64,000 bases of DNA from a virus (lineage: Duplodnaviria; Caudoviricetes): IMG/VR virus record IMGVR_UViG_3300046557_000242, positions 1,593 through 65,592 of that record; one strand, written 5' to 3'. Below the pieces are notes generated by a model. It had not been told where the DNA came from. It was given only the letters and a program-made list of their open reading frames with translations, and searched no databases. The position numbers were made by a program, and so were the translations under genes. The stretch's first letter is position 1. Each line of letters starts with the position of its first letter. Below are positions 1 to 8,535 of the stretch, one piece after another.

Positions 1-2
1 AT

Positions 3-149
3 CCAGATCTCGAACAGATCGACGACATGTCCTACGACGACATCACGCCGAGCGCCGCACTCGTAGCGATCGACCAATTCCTGACGACCGGCGAGGTCGA
101 CTGGTCCGTCGCCTGCGGCCTCGACCAATCGGTCGACCTCACGGCATAG
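3..149 (+). CDS. 3' end of phage hypothetical protein (truncated by window edge)
   Basis: Open frame ...ITPSAALVAIDQFLTTGEVDW...LTA* with phage-like codon usage. Confidence 0.6.
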   Translation, partial: PDLEQIDDMSYDDITPSAALVAIDQFLTTGEVDWSVACGLDQSVDLTA

Positions 150-163
150 CCATGCCTTCTCGC

Positions 164-177
164 TTGCTTGAATGCAA
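164..177 (+). promoter_or_regulatory. TTGC-box (TTGCTTGAATGCAA)
   Basis: Exact consensus, intergenic, followed by an extra ATGCAA half-site. Confidence 0.8.
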
Positions 178-267
178 GTGATGCAAATACCCCCGTTCTG
201 ATCAGCGCGCCGCCCTCACGACGGGGGTGAAGTTTCGAACCCGGCACGCAACCCCAAAGGAGCACTT

Positions 268-1200
268 ATGGATCCCACCGCAAACGACCCGTTCCGCTAC
301 CGCGACGTGGCCGACCAGCTGACGCAGCAGGAGCAGCCCGCTCCCGCCGTGTTCGCCCAGGCCCCGATCGCAGCCACCGAGCAGCTCAGCCAGGCTGTCG
401 TCACCGAAACGTCGGTGATCGAGGTTCCGGCCGCGGCTCCCGAAGCGCCGCTCGTCGGCGAGATCATCCCGCCGGCACCCGAGACGCCGCCCAGCATCCC
501 GCTGTACCCGATCGGTCTGATCGACTTCAACCAGCCGATCGTCGTCGTCGACAGCGGCGAATACGCTGACGACCTGGAGCCCTACGACAGCGTCCAGATC
601 GTCACGACCCTGAAGGGCAGCTTGCACCCGATCGCGATCAGCTTCTGGAAGGACGGCGAGCAGTGTCTCGCGCAGTTCGACACGGACGGCGCATCGGTCT
701 GCGGCGACTTCAAGGTCGAGCAGGACCTGATCTATCCGGTCACCCGCTTCGTGGTCATCGGCCGCAAGGGTCGTAGCCTGGTCGTCGACGAGGAGCTGTA
801 CGCCTCCAAGGATGCGGCCATCGCCGAGACCGATCTCAACGACATCGCGGCGGTCCTGCCGGTCGTGATCGAGGCGCCGCAGGTCGCGGTTGAGGAGCCG
901 GCGCCGCTCGTGCCGGCCCCGCAACTGACCGAAGCGCTCGACAGCAACGGCAGCATCGAGGCGGAAGAGCATGACGACGAAGGCCCCGCGCCCGCTGTCG
1001 TCGACGCTCCGCCGACCGAGATGTACGTCGCCAGCCGGATGCGCCGCGTCGGCGAGACGGTCCACGCCTACCGCAACGGCTTCGGCACCCGCGCCTGCAC
1101 GGTCATCAAGCTGCGTCGCGACAGCCGCAAGTCGCTGCTGCTCGATCCGAAGGACGGCAACGAGCCGTACTGGGCGCTGAACAAGAACGTCCGCTACTGA
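268..1200 (+). CDS. Acidic Pro/Ala-rich hypothetical protein, possible C-terminal SH3/KOW-like barrel
   Basis: 310 aa ORF, AAGGAG RBS, strong codon bias. Confidence 0.75.
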   Translation: MDPTANDPFRYRDVADQLTQQEQPAPAVFAQAPIAATEQLSQAVVTETSVIEVPAAAPEAPLVGEIIPPAPETPPSIPLYPIGLIDFNQPIVVVDSGEYADDLEPYDSVQIVTTLKGSLHPIAISFWKDGEQCLAQFDTDGASVCGDFKVEQDLIYPVTRFVVIGRKGRSLVVDEELYASKDAAIAETDLNDIAAVLPVVIEAPQVAVEEPAPLVPAPQLTEALDSNGSIEAEEHDDEGPAPAVVDAPPTEMYVASRMRRVGETVHAYRNGFGTRACTVIKLRRDSRKSLLLDPKDGNEPYWALNKNVRY

Positions 1201-1212
1201 GCCTGCAACAAA

Positions 1213-1243
1213 GCGGCCCGTCTCCTTCCGGGGACGGGTTCGC
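1213..1243 (+). terminator. GC-rich hairpin after ORF 268-1200
   Basis: GCGGCCCGTC...GACGGGTTCGC stem; weak U-tail. Confidence 0.4.
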
Positions 1244-1249
1244 CCTCTC

Positions 1250-1486
1250 ATGGAGAAGATCATGCCGAGACGATTGGGTGACGATGCTCAGGTCAAGGAT
1301 GCCTTCCGCGCCTTCGAGGCATCGCGTCTCCTGATTAATCTGATCTGCGAAGCGCCCGGCCATGTGCCCAAGGAATTTCAACCGATCGTCGAGCTGGCGC
1401 TGCAAGCGTACGGCCTGCCTCACGACTTTCCGGAACGTGTTCTCGTCAACGAACTCAACGCAGACCAGGAGCAGCACCATGACTGA
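1250..1486 (+). CDS. Hypothetical protein
   Basis: Short ORF coupled to next gene; start may be 1262. Confidence 0.6.
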   Translation: MEKIMPRRLGDDAQVKDAFRAFEASRLLINLICEAPGHVPKEFQPIVELALQAYGLPHDFPERVLVNELNADQEQHHD

Positions 1487-1871
1487 ACCGAGATCGAAAG
1501 TCCGCATCGTCAGCGAAGCAGAGTTTGCCTCTGAGCTGCGCATTGCGCTGCAAGAGCACAACGTCGACAGCATCGGCGCAGTCACTGGCCCAGGCCGGTC
1601 CGGAGCAATCGCCGCGGTCTACACCTCGCACATGCTGCACATCCCGTTCATCCCTTTCGGGCAGCTTTGCCCCGAAAAGTTCCGGCTTCTGATCATCGAC
1701 ACCGCCCGGGAAAGCGGCCGGACGCTCCGCAAGGCGGCGCGCTGGTACCGCAAGGCGAACCCGATCGTGATCGCCGTCTACGAAGAGCCGCCGCGCGTGG
1801 CCTTCTGGTACGAGGCGCCGAAGCCGCAGTTCTACCGTCACGAAATCCCGAAACTGCAGGAGGCGGCATGA
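1479..1871 (+). CDS. Phosphoribosyltransferase-fold protein
   Basis: VTGPGRSGAIAA and LLIIDTARESGRTL resemble type I PRTase motifs. Confidence 0.6.
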   Translation: MTEPRSKVRIVSEAEFASELRIALQEHNVDSIGAVTGPGRSGAIAAVYTSHMLHIPFIPFGQLCPEKFRLLIIDTARESGRTLRKAARWYRKANPIVIAVYEEPPRVAFWYEAPKPQFYRHEIPKLQEAA

Positions 1872-2137
1872 CCGAACCAGTGTTCGATAACAACCAGTCC
1901 GCAGACGAGGGCTGGTGCATCTCCGAGTGCTTCGGCAGCGCGAATGGTCCGTGGCAGCTTCAGAAGTGCGACGAACAGGACGTCTTCAAGACCGACATCG
2001 AAGCGTGGAGGTTCGTCGTCGACTGCGCCGAAGCCGGCAGCGAATACCACAAGCAGGCACTCCAATTCCTGAAGGACCATAATCGGACAGAGCACGATTG
2101 CATCGTCGACACCATCAAACGGAGGGCGATCGCATGA
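1868..2137 (+). CDS. Hypothetical protein
   Basis: ATGA overlap with GGAGG RBS. Confidence 0.7.
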   Translation: MTEPVFDNNQSADEGWCISECFGSANGPWQLQKCDEQDVFKTDIEAWRFVVDCAEAGSEYHKQALQFLKDHNRTEHDCIVDTIKRRAIA

Positions 2138-2337
2138 TGATGCTGAGGCGCCGAAGGTGGCGGCACCCCTGCGATAAGGGGTCGCCGGCACAGCGCAAGC
2201 TGGGGGCTGCGTTCCGCTTCCTGATGGAAAACAGCACATGGAAGCGACATCCGAAGCCATTCGCGAAGACACAGCGCGGCCGGGCTCGCAGGAGCGAGCG
2301 CCGGTTCGTCGACGAGAACAAGCGAGCATTTGCGTGA
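2134..2337 (+). CDS. Small basic hypothetical protein
   Basis: ATGA overlap, GGAGG RBS, Arg-rich. Confidence 0.5.
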   Translation: MMMLRRRRWRHPCDKGSPAQRKLGAAFRFLMENSTWKRHPKPFAKTQRGRARRSERRFVDENKRAFA

Positions 2338-2876
2338 GCAGATTTTCCAACACCTGGTCCGATGCAGAAGATCAGGTCATTCGCGACAACAGACGGCTGC
2401 CGGCGAAGGAAATCGCCGAGCTGCTGCCAGGTCGTTCCGTCAGAGCAATCGCGACGCGGAGTCGCCGAATTGGCGTCTTCAAGGTGTGGGATCGCAATGA
2501 GAAGACGATCCTGTTCGACAACTCGAACATGACAGCGAGGCAACTTCAGCGCCTACTGCCTGGCCGCTCAATCAAGAGCATCCAAACCCAACGGAGTGCG
2601 ATGGGATTGAAACCCGTCTTTCGAAAGCCGGAGAAGTCGAAGCGCAAGCTCAAGCGCACTGGCAATCCGGTGATCGATGCCGTCATCGAACGGTGCGAGG
2701 AAGACAGGATCGGGTTGAAGACGCTCGATCGAGAAATCGGTGGCCGATACTTCCAGCATTCCCCCACTGATCCGAAGGGGTTGGAGTGGATTGCTAAGGC
2801 CGTCGCCTTCTTCGGCGGCAAAGGTCTGCTGATCGACGAGAACGCCAACATCACTATCGACTGGCACGACGAATAA
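2334..2876 (+). CDS. Putative DNA-binding protein with two Myb/SANT-like repeats
   Basis: WSDAEDQVIR..EIAELLPGRS..AI..R and WDRNE..LLPGRS..SI..QR repeats; GTGA overlap. Confidence 0.6.
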   Translation: MSRFSNTWSDAEDQVIRDNRRLPAKEIAELLPGRSVRAIATRSRRIGVFKVWDRNEKTILFDNSNMTARQLQRLLPGRSIKSIQTQRSAMGLKPVFRKPEKSKRKLKRTGNPVIDAVIERCEEDRIGLKTLDREIGGRYFQHSPTDPKGLEWIAKAVAFFGGKGLLIDENANITIDWHDE

Positions 2877-2888
2877 ATAGGAGCGGAA

Positions 2889-3080
2889 ATGTCAGAGATA
2901 TCCGAGGAACAAGCCGGCAAGCCTGTGCTCTGCGCCAGGCTGAACGGCAACACGCTCCGGGCGAAGTGGCCCGGCAAACGCTGGCATGGCCAATACAAGA
3001 ACATCGACGCGGTCTGCGACGCAGCTCACGAAGATGGCCTTGCAACATTCATCATCGACTACGTGGACAAGGAGGATTGA
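2889..3080 (+). CDS. Hypothetical protein
   Basis: 63 aa ORF with AGGAG RBS. Confidence 0.6.
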   Translation: MSEISEEQAGKPVLCARLNGNTLRAKWPGKRWHGQYKNIDAVCDAAHEDGLATFIIDYVDKED

Positions 3081-3316
3081 ACCAGGAGAGCCGGCCAACG
3101 CGGTGAGCCGGCGACTACATCTGAACTCGAACTGAAAGCCTCACATTGCAAAGACCTCTGACTATCGGGCGGGTAGATAAGAGTACAAAAACAGGCGTCA
3201 AAAATGATCGTTCTCAAATGCGGCGAGGCCGTCATCTGGCTTCGTCTTTTTAATTCGAGGGATAGACCTGCAGCACATTCCCCGTTTTGGGGCTGACTTT
3301 TCACTTGCTCTTTTGC

Positions 3317-3330
3317 TTGCTTGAATGCAA
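3317..3330 (+). promoter_or_regulatory. TTGC-box
   Basis: TTGCTTGAATGCAA in an AT-rich intergenic region. Confidence 0.8.
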
Positions 3331-3403
3331 ACAGAGCTAGTCGCGGTTCGCGGGACCAATTCGGGTTCCAAGGACCACATCACGGATAGCCATGCCTGCC
3401 GGC

Positions 3404-3417
3404 ATGCTTGAATGCAA
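3404..3417 (+). promoter_or_regulatory. TTGC-box variant
   Basis: ATGCTTGAATGCAA just upstream of GGAG RBS. Confidence 0.75.
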
Positions 3418-4878
3418 ACGGAGCAAACGATGTTCTACCTTGTCAGGTTGGACCGCGACGCCGACAGCAACCTCGTCGAGACGCCGCTGCCCGACTACGG
3501 CACCTTCGATAAGGGCGCCGACGCAGCCAAGGCCTCGAAGGCCGCCGCTGCACAGACTGGCGCCAAGGTTCAGTGCCGGCGCATCGCTCAGGCCGGAGAC
3601 TGGCGAGCCGCCATACAGAAGCGGCTCGAGTCCGGAGAATTGACCCGGCTTCCCAGCAAGTGGGACCTGGAGCCGATCGCCGATCACTTCGCCCATCTGT
3701 GGGCCAACGATCCCAGCAAGATCGCTTACATCGAGAGCGAAGACCACGGGATCATCCAGAAGCTGACGGCGACGACGCCGGGCCGCTACATCACCGCCTA
3801 TTACGAAGGCGGAGTCCAGGGCAGCACGGACATCACCGACGCCAAGCGTCGCACGCTGATCGCTGCGATCGACCCCAGCGGCGAGGTCTACTACGCCAGG
3901 ACGCCGGAGGAGATCGAGTACGTCTACAAGAATGGTCCCGACTCCTGCATGGACGGAGACCACCAGTTCAAAGGTCTGCCGATGTGGCCGACCGGGCCCT
4001 ATGGCGCTGGCGATCTGGCTGTCGCCTACACCAAGAACAGCCGGGGTCGTATCCAGTCGCGAGCCCTGTGCTGGCCTGAGAAGAAGGTTCACGGCCGATG
4101 CTATGGCGCCGTCGAGTCGATGCGAGCCACCTTGGCCGCGGAAGGCTTCACCGATCTGCGCGAAGGCACAGGCGGCAAGGTCAAACCGTTCATCGGCGCT
4201 CGTCTGCTCAAGGTCCCGCATGGCGACGCTTTCGTCATGCCCTACTTCGACGACATCAACGTCGCAGTTGATAGGGGCGACCACTTCGTCACGGTCGAGA
4301 ACCGCCAGGACACTGATCACTACGTGACCAGCTCATCGAGCGGCCTGTCTTACATCCAGGCCCTATGCCCCAAGGCGAAGGTCGTCGTGCAGGTCCGCGA
4401 GATGCGGTACGTGCATGGCGCTGACGAACTTTGGTCCTCGTCTGCGATCCAGCGCCTCGCCTTCACCTGTGATGGCAGCGGGAAGATCTGGCCCAAGACC
4501 GACACCGTCATCCTCGGCGATGGTCAGCGCTGGTCGCAGGAATACTTCGACGAGCACGGCGGCACCTGCTCCGTGAACGGGCAGCACTGGCCCAAGTCCG
4601 AGCTGATCGAGAAGAAGCCCGGCAAGTGGGTCCATCGCCTCAACGCTGACTACGAAGAGGTCGACCTGGAGCCGAAGGAGTCGCCGAAGAAGAAGCCGCG
4701 CAGCCGGTCGAAGAAGATCGTCGGCATCGACCCGGCTTCGGGGCCCGATCACACAGCCATCACGACCCTTCGCGGCAACACCGCGGACGGCTTCATCGTC
4801 GACGAGGTCCAGCTGCTCGATCCGAACCAGCCGACCGTGACCGACCTACTCCTCAATCGCCGCCGCCGGGCTGCCTAA
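3412..4878 (+). CDS. Conserved phage protein (DSCM...DLAVAY...RAL-W...YG core); true start probably 3430
   Basis: 488 aa ORF; degenerate Cys repeats in C-terminal half; ends in AA. Confidence 0.75.
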   Translation: MQTEQTMFYLVRLDRDADSNLVETPLPDYGTFDKGADAAKASKAAAAQTGAKVQCRRIAQAGDWRAAIQKRLESGELTRLPSKWDLEPIADHFAHLWANDPSKIAYIESEDHGIIQKLTATTPGRYITAYYEGGVQGSTDITDAKRRTLIAAIDPSGEVYYARTPEEIEYVYKNGPDSCMDGDHQFKGLPMWPTGPYGAGDLAVAYTKNSRGRIQSRALCWPEKKVHGRCYGAVESMRATLAAEGFTDLREGTGGKVKPFIGARLLKVPHGDAFVMPYFDDINVAVDRGDHFVTVENRQDTDHYVTSSSSGLSYIQALCPKAKVVVQVREMRYVHGADELWSSSAIQRLAFTCDGSGKIWPKTDTVILGDGQRWSQEYFDEHGGTCSVNGQHWPKSELIEKKPGKWVHRLNADYEEVDLEPKESPKKKPRSRSKKIVGIDPASGPDHTAITTLRGNTADGFIVDEVQLLDPNQPTVTDLLLNRRRRAA

Positions 4879-4887
4879 GGGATACCA

Positions 4888-5874
4888 ATGTCTGACATCG
4901 AAACCATCATCTCCATGCTCTCCCATCGGCGTCCGGCTGGTTCGGCCTCCGAGATGGCGTTCATCAAGAAGTTCATCATCCCGCTCGGCGCGAAGATGGA
5001 CAAGCACGGCAACTGGCGGCTGACGATCGGTGACAAGCCGACCATGCTGTGGTCGTCGCACACCGACAGCGTTCATTGCTCCGATGGCTATCAGAAGGTG
5101 GACTACGACGGGAAGTTCATCTCGCTGCCGGCTAACTCCAAGTCCAGCTGCCTCGGCGCTGATTGCGCTGCTGGCGTCTGGATCATGTCGGAGATGATCA
5201 AGGCCAAGGTGCCCGGCCTGTACATGTTCCACTTCGCGGAAGAGATCGGGTGCATCGGCTCTCACGCCATCGTCGACAAGGAGCCGGGTCTGCTCAAGGG
5301 CATTCAGGCTGCCGTCGCCTTCGATCGCCGCGGCACCGCGGAGGTCATCACCCATCAAGGCGTGCGGACAGCATCGGATGCGTTCGCCAGGTCGATGGCA
5401 TCGCAACTGCCGGCCCGGTTCAAACCGTCCGACAAGGGCATGCTGACAGACACCAAGCACTACCGCGGCCTGGTGCCGGAATGCACCAACCTGTCGGTCG
5501 GCTACTACAACGAGCACCGTCCGCACGAGGCGCTCGACACCCACCATCTGATCGAGCTGCGCAACCACATGGTCAACTTCGATCAGTCAAAGGTGGTGAT
5601 CGAACGCGACCCTTTAGTGCCGGATCGGAAGAAGCTGACCATGAAGGACATTGGCAAGTCTTCTTTCGGAGGCGTTCGCTACCGCCGCGAGGAGACCCTG
5701 CGTGATCTCGTCTGGCACCACGCCGACAAGGTCGCTGCGTTCCTGGAGAACAAGGGTGTCACCTTCGACCAGCTCCGCGATGCGATCTACGGCCCCCGTC
5801 AACCGGTGAAGGAGCAGCCCAGCCTCGGCAGCATCTTCGACGATGTCGACGATCTGTTCAAAGCCGCCTCCTGA
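4888..5874 (+). CDS. Zn-dependent M20/M28-family peptidase/amidohydrolase
   Basis: SHTDSVH, LGAD, AEEIGCIGS, AFDRRG, NLSVGYYNEH metal-binding motifs. Confidence 0.85.
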   Translation: MSDIETIISMLSHRRPAGSASEMAFIKKFIIPLGAKMDKHGNWRLTIGDKPTMLWSSHTDSVHCSDGYQKVDYDGKFISLPANSKSSCLGADCAAGVWIMSEMIKAKVPGLYMFHFAEEIGCIGSHAIVDKEPGLLKGIQAAVAFDRRGTAEVITHQGVRTASDAFARSMASQLPARFKPSDKGMLTDTKHYRGLVPECTNLSVGYYNEHRPHEALDTHHLIELRNHMVNFDQSKVVIERDPLVPDRKKLTMKDIGKSSFGGVRYRREETLRDLVWHHADKVAAFLENKGVTFDQLRDAIYGPRQPVKEQPSLGSIFDDVDDLFKAAS

Positions 5875-5910
5875 TCTCGACAACAACACAACACTGACAA
5901 GGAACTGACC

Positions 5911-8046
5911 ATGAAGCTTGGAATGAAGGACCACGTCGACGTCGCAACCGGCGTGCAGGACGAGATCAAGATCGCTTTCGAGGCGAACAGCGTGGCGTTC
6001 TACGCGCAGATCTCCGGCCTCGCCAAGGACAAGATCCGCTACCCGATCCGGGAGCTGTCGACCAACGCCTGGGACGCCTCCCGCGGCGACTTCGAGGTTC
6101 ATCTGCCCACCCGGCTGAACCCCATATTCCGGGTTCGCGACTACGGCGATGGCATGAGCCACGAGCAGATGGTCAACGTCTACGCTCGCCTCTATGCCTC
6201 GACCAAGCGCTCCACCAACGACCAGGTCGGCGGCTGGGGCCTGGGTTCCAAGAGCCCGTTCGCCTACCTGATCGGCGATACCGGCGCCGGCTCCTACTTC
6301 GTGACGTCCTATCATGATGGCGTGATGCGCTCCTATGTGCTGTCGCTGGCCCAGGACGGCGCGCCGGTCATGCGCCTGATGGCCGAGACCGAGACCGAGG
6401 AGCGCAACGGCCTTGACGTGTCGTTCGCGGTCCGCCGCGAGGATATCGACGATTTCGTGGGCGGTGCTCGCGCCATCCTGTGGTCATTCCATCCTCGCCC
6501 GAAGATCTTCCCGAAGGATGCGGTCAGCTGGAAAGACCCGGTCGTCGAGTCCGAAGGCGAGAACTGGACCAAGTTCAAGTCCGGCACCGTGCCGTTCCAG
6601 GGTCCGCGGGTTCGAATGGGCTGCGTCATGTACCCCTTCGAGCTGCGCCAGATCGAGAACAGCGGCTTCCTCGACGTGAGCGATGAGGTCCTGTTCGACG
6701 CCCCGATCGGCTCGCTCAAGGTCACGCTGTCTCGCGAAGAACTGGCCTATGACGACACCACCCGAACGACGCTGAAGAACCTCGTGAAGCAATACGAGGA
6801 CACCTTCATCAGCCAGCTCCAGGCCAAGGTGGACACGGCCGAGACCCTCTTCGAAGCCGCTGATATCTTCGAGACCGAGACTGAGATGCTGGGTAGCAGC
6901 CGTCAGCAGAGCCTTCGGAACATCGTGCGCTGGAACGATCGTCTGATCCAGATGCACCTCAGCAAGGAGAACTGCAAGATGGACCAGCTCCAGGAGGGCT
7001 GGCAGCAGTTCGAGAAGTTCGAGGACTCGGTCGTTCGCACCAAGTGGGCCCATGACGCCAAGGTCGTGATCGAGCACAACCCGAGCTACTCGCTGAGCCG
7101 TTTCCACATGGCTGAGCTGGTCGGCAAGAAGGTGCTGTGGGTGCGCTGCAAGCGGTTGTTCCGCGATCAGGTGATCGCTGCTCTCGGCAATCCCGAGGTC
7201 ATCGATCTCGACGCCTACAAGGTCCCGCTCACCAAGCGTGTCAGCAAGACGATCCGCAAGCGCAAGACCTTGGTCGTCACCAACGGTGGTCGCCTCCAGC
7301 GCATCACTCAGGACGTCGACCTGGCCGAGGGTGGCCTGATGGTTGAAAGCAGCCCGGGATCGTACCGCCGCCGTCGCGGTGGCAACGACTGGTACCGACT
7401 CCACAGCACCATGACCGGGTCGATCGACTTCAGCTCCACCGAAAGCTTCACCATGTCTGCGGTGGAGTTCGGCTTGCTTGAAGTCGGCACGGTGATCTTG
7501 GTCAAGTCGAGCGATCAGGATGTTCCGGGCGACTGGAGCATGCTGGCCGACGACATGATCGACGACATCCGTAACCGGGTGAACGTCGCCGAGTTCACGG
7601 GTCTGCATAAGAAGTCGCTCCACAACCTGAACCACAACCTCCAGGAAATGGCGCGGATGCGGATCGATAAGGCTCCGGAGGACGTCACCGCGTTCCTCCG
7701 CGATCTGAAGACGCTCTATCGGCAGCTTGAGCGTAACTCGACCGCATCGACTGAAAGCGACAAGGCCTTCGCTGTGCTGAAGAAGCTCGGCGTCGAGATC
7801 AACAAGCCGGATGTCGCCTGCCCGATCAATGCGATCGACGTTCGCTACGCCGCCCTCTGTAACGAGTACATGCTGCTGAAGGGCATCATCGAAGCCTACG
7901 ACTACTCCCACCGCGGTCAGAACAAGGCAGAGAAGCTCATCCACTATTTCGAGCTTCTCTCCCGACCCGAAGTGGCCAACGACAACGTCGAAGAGGACTT
8001 CTCAGTTGAAGCTCTCTTCGACGAGCAATTGAACGAAGCGGCCTAA
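5911..8046 (+). CDS. rIIA: rIIA-like protein (N-terminal GHKL/HSP90-type ATPase)
   Basis: IRELSTNAWDA, RVRDYGDGM, STK...VGGWGLGSKSPFAY, LSREELAYD. Confidence 0.85.
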   Translation: MKLGMKDHVDVATGVQDEIKIAFEANSVAFYAQISGLAKDKIRYPIRELSTNAWDASRGDFEVHLPTRLNPIFRVRDYGDGMSHEQMVNVYARLYASTKRSTNDQVGGWGLGSKSPFAYLIGDTGAGSYFVTSYHDGVMRSYVLSLAQDGAPVMRLMAETETEERNGLDVSFAVRREDIDDFVGGARAILWSFHPRPKIFPKDAVSWKDPVVESEGENWTKFKSGTVPFQGPRVRMGCVMYPFELRQIENSGFLDVSDEVLFDAPIGSLKVTLSREELAYDDTTRTTLKNLVKQYEDTFISQLQAKVDTAETLFEAADIFETETEMLGSSRQQSLRNIVRWNDRLIQMHLSKENCKMDQLQEGWQQFEKFEDSVVRTKWAHDAKVVIEHNPSYSLSRFHMAELVGKKVLWVRCKRLFRDQVIAALGNPEVIDLDAYKVPLTKRVSKTIRKRKTLVVTNGGRLQRITQDVDLAEGGLMVESSPGSYRRRRGGNDWYRLHSTMTGSIDFSSTESFTMSAVEFGLLEVGTVILVKSSDQDVPGDWSMLADDMIDDIRNRVNVAEFTGLHKKSLHNLNHNLQEMARMRIDKAPEDVTAFLRDLKTLYRQLERNSTASTESDKAFAVLKKLGVEINKPDVACPINAIDVRYAALCNEYMLLKGIIEAYDYSHRGQNKAEKLIHYFELLSRPEVANDNVEEDFSVEALFDEQLNEAA

Positions 8047-8064
8047 GGCCAAACGGAGCGAAAC

Positions 8065-8529
8065 ATGATCCGCAGCGTGATCACCGACACGTCAATCTTC
8101 TTCATCGCCAAGGGTCGCCCATGGACCCTGGCGATGGATCACCCGGCGTTCGGCCAGGTGAAGACTCGCCTGACCGAAGGGTGCGAGGACGAAGACGAGA
8201 TCGTCCGCCTCACGGACGTTCGTGTGGCGGTGAATGACGCCACCGATGGGAGGGCTGTCCTCAGCGAGGATGGCCTGTTCCTGGACGGTGAGCAGCTGCC
8301 TTCGGCTTGGCAAGACAAGGCTGCCGCCACCCCCGACGCTATGCGGGTTCTTGTCGTCAATCCCGGCGACAAGGTCCGCGTCGAGGGCGACGAGGATGCA
8401 CCGGACGGCATCTACGTGGTCGGCGACTCCGACCGTGACGACACCGACAAGACGATCATGGTCGAGTCCGAGGACGGCTTCCTCGGGTTCGTCGCCAACA
8501 CCTCCATCAAAGAAATCATCAAGGATTAA
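8065..8529 (+). CDS. Short rIIB-N-terminal-like protein
   Basis: Directly after rIIA; ITDTSI..GRPWTL..DHPAF resembles rIIB N-termini; only 154 aa. Confidence 0.5.
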   Translation: MIRSVITDTSIFFIAKGRPWTLAMDHPAFGQVKTRLTEGCEDEDEIVRLTDVRVAVNDATDGRAVLSEDGLFLDGEQLPSAWQDKAAATPDAMRVLVVNPGDKVRVEGDEDAPDGIYVVGDSDRDDTDKTIMVESEDGFLGFVANTSIKEIIKD

Positions 8530-8535
8530 GCCACT

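Noticed and set aside
189-245. Hammerhead ribozyme (CTGATCAG...CGAAA)
   Set aside because: Core reads CUGAUCA rather than CUGAnGA, and the stems do not assemble.
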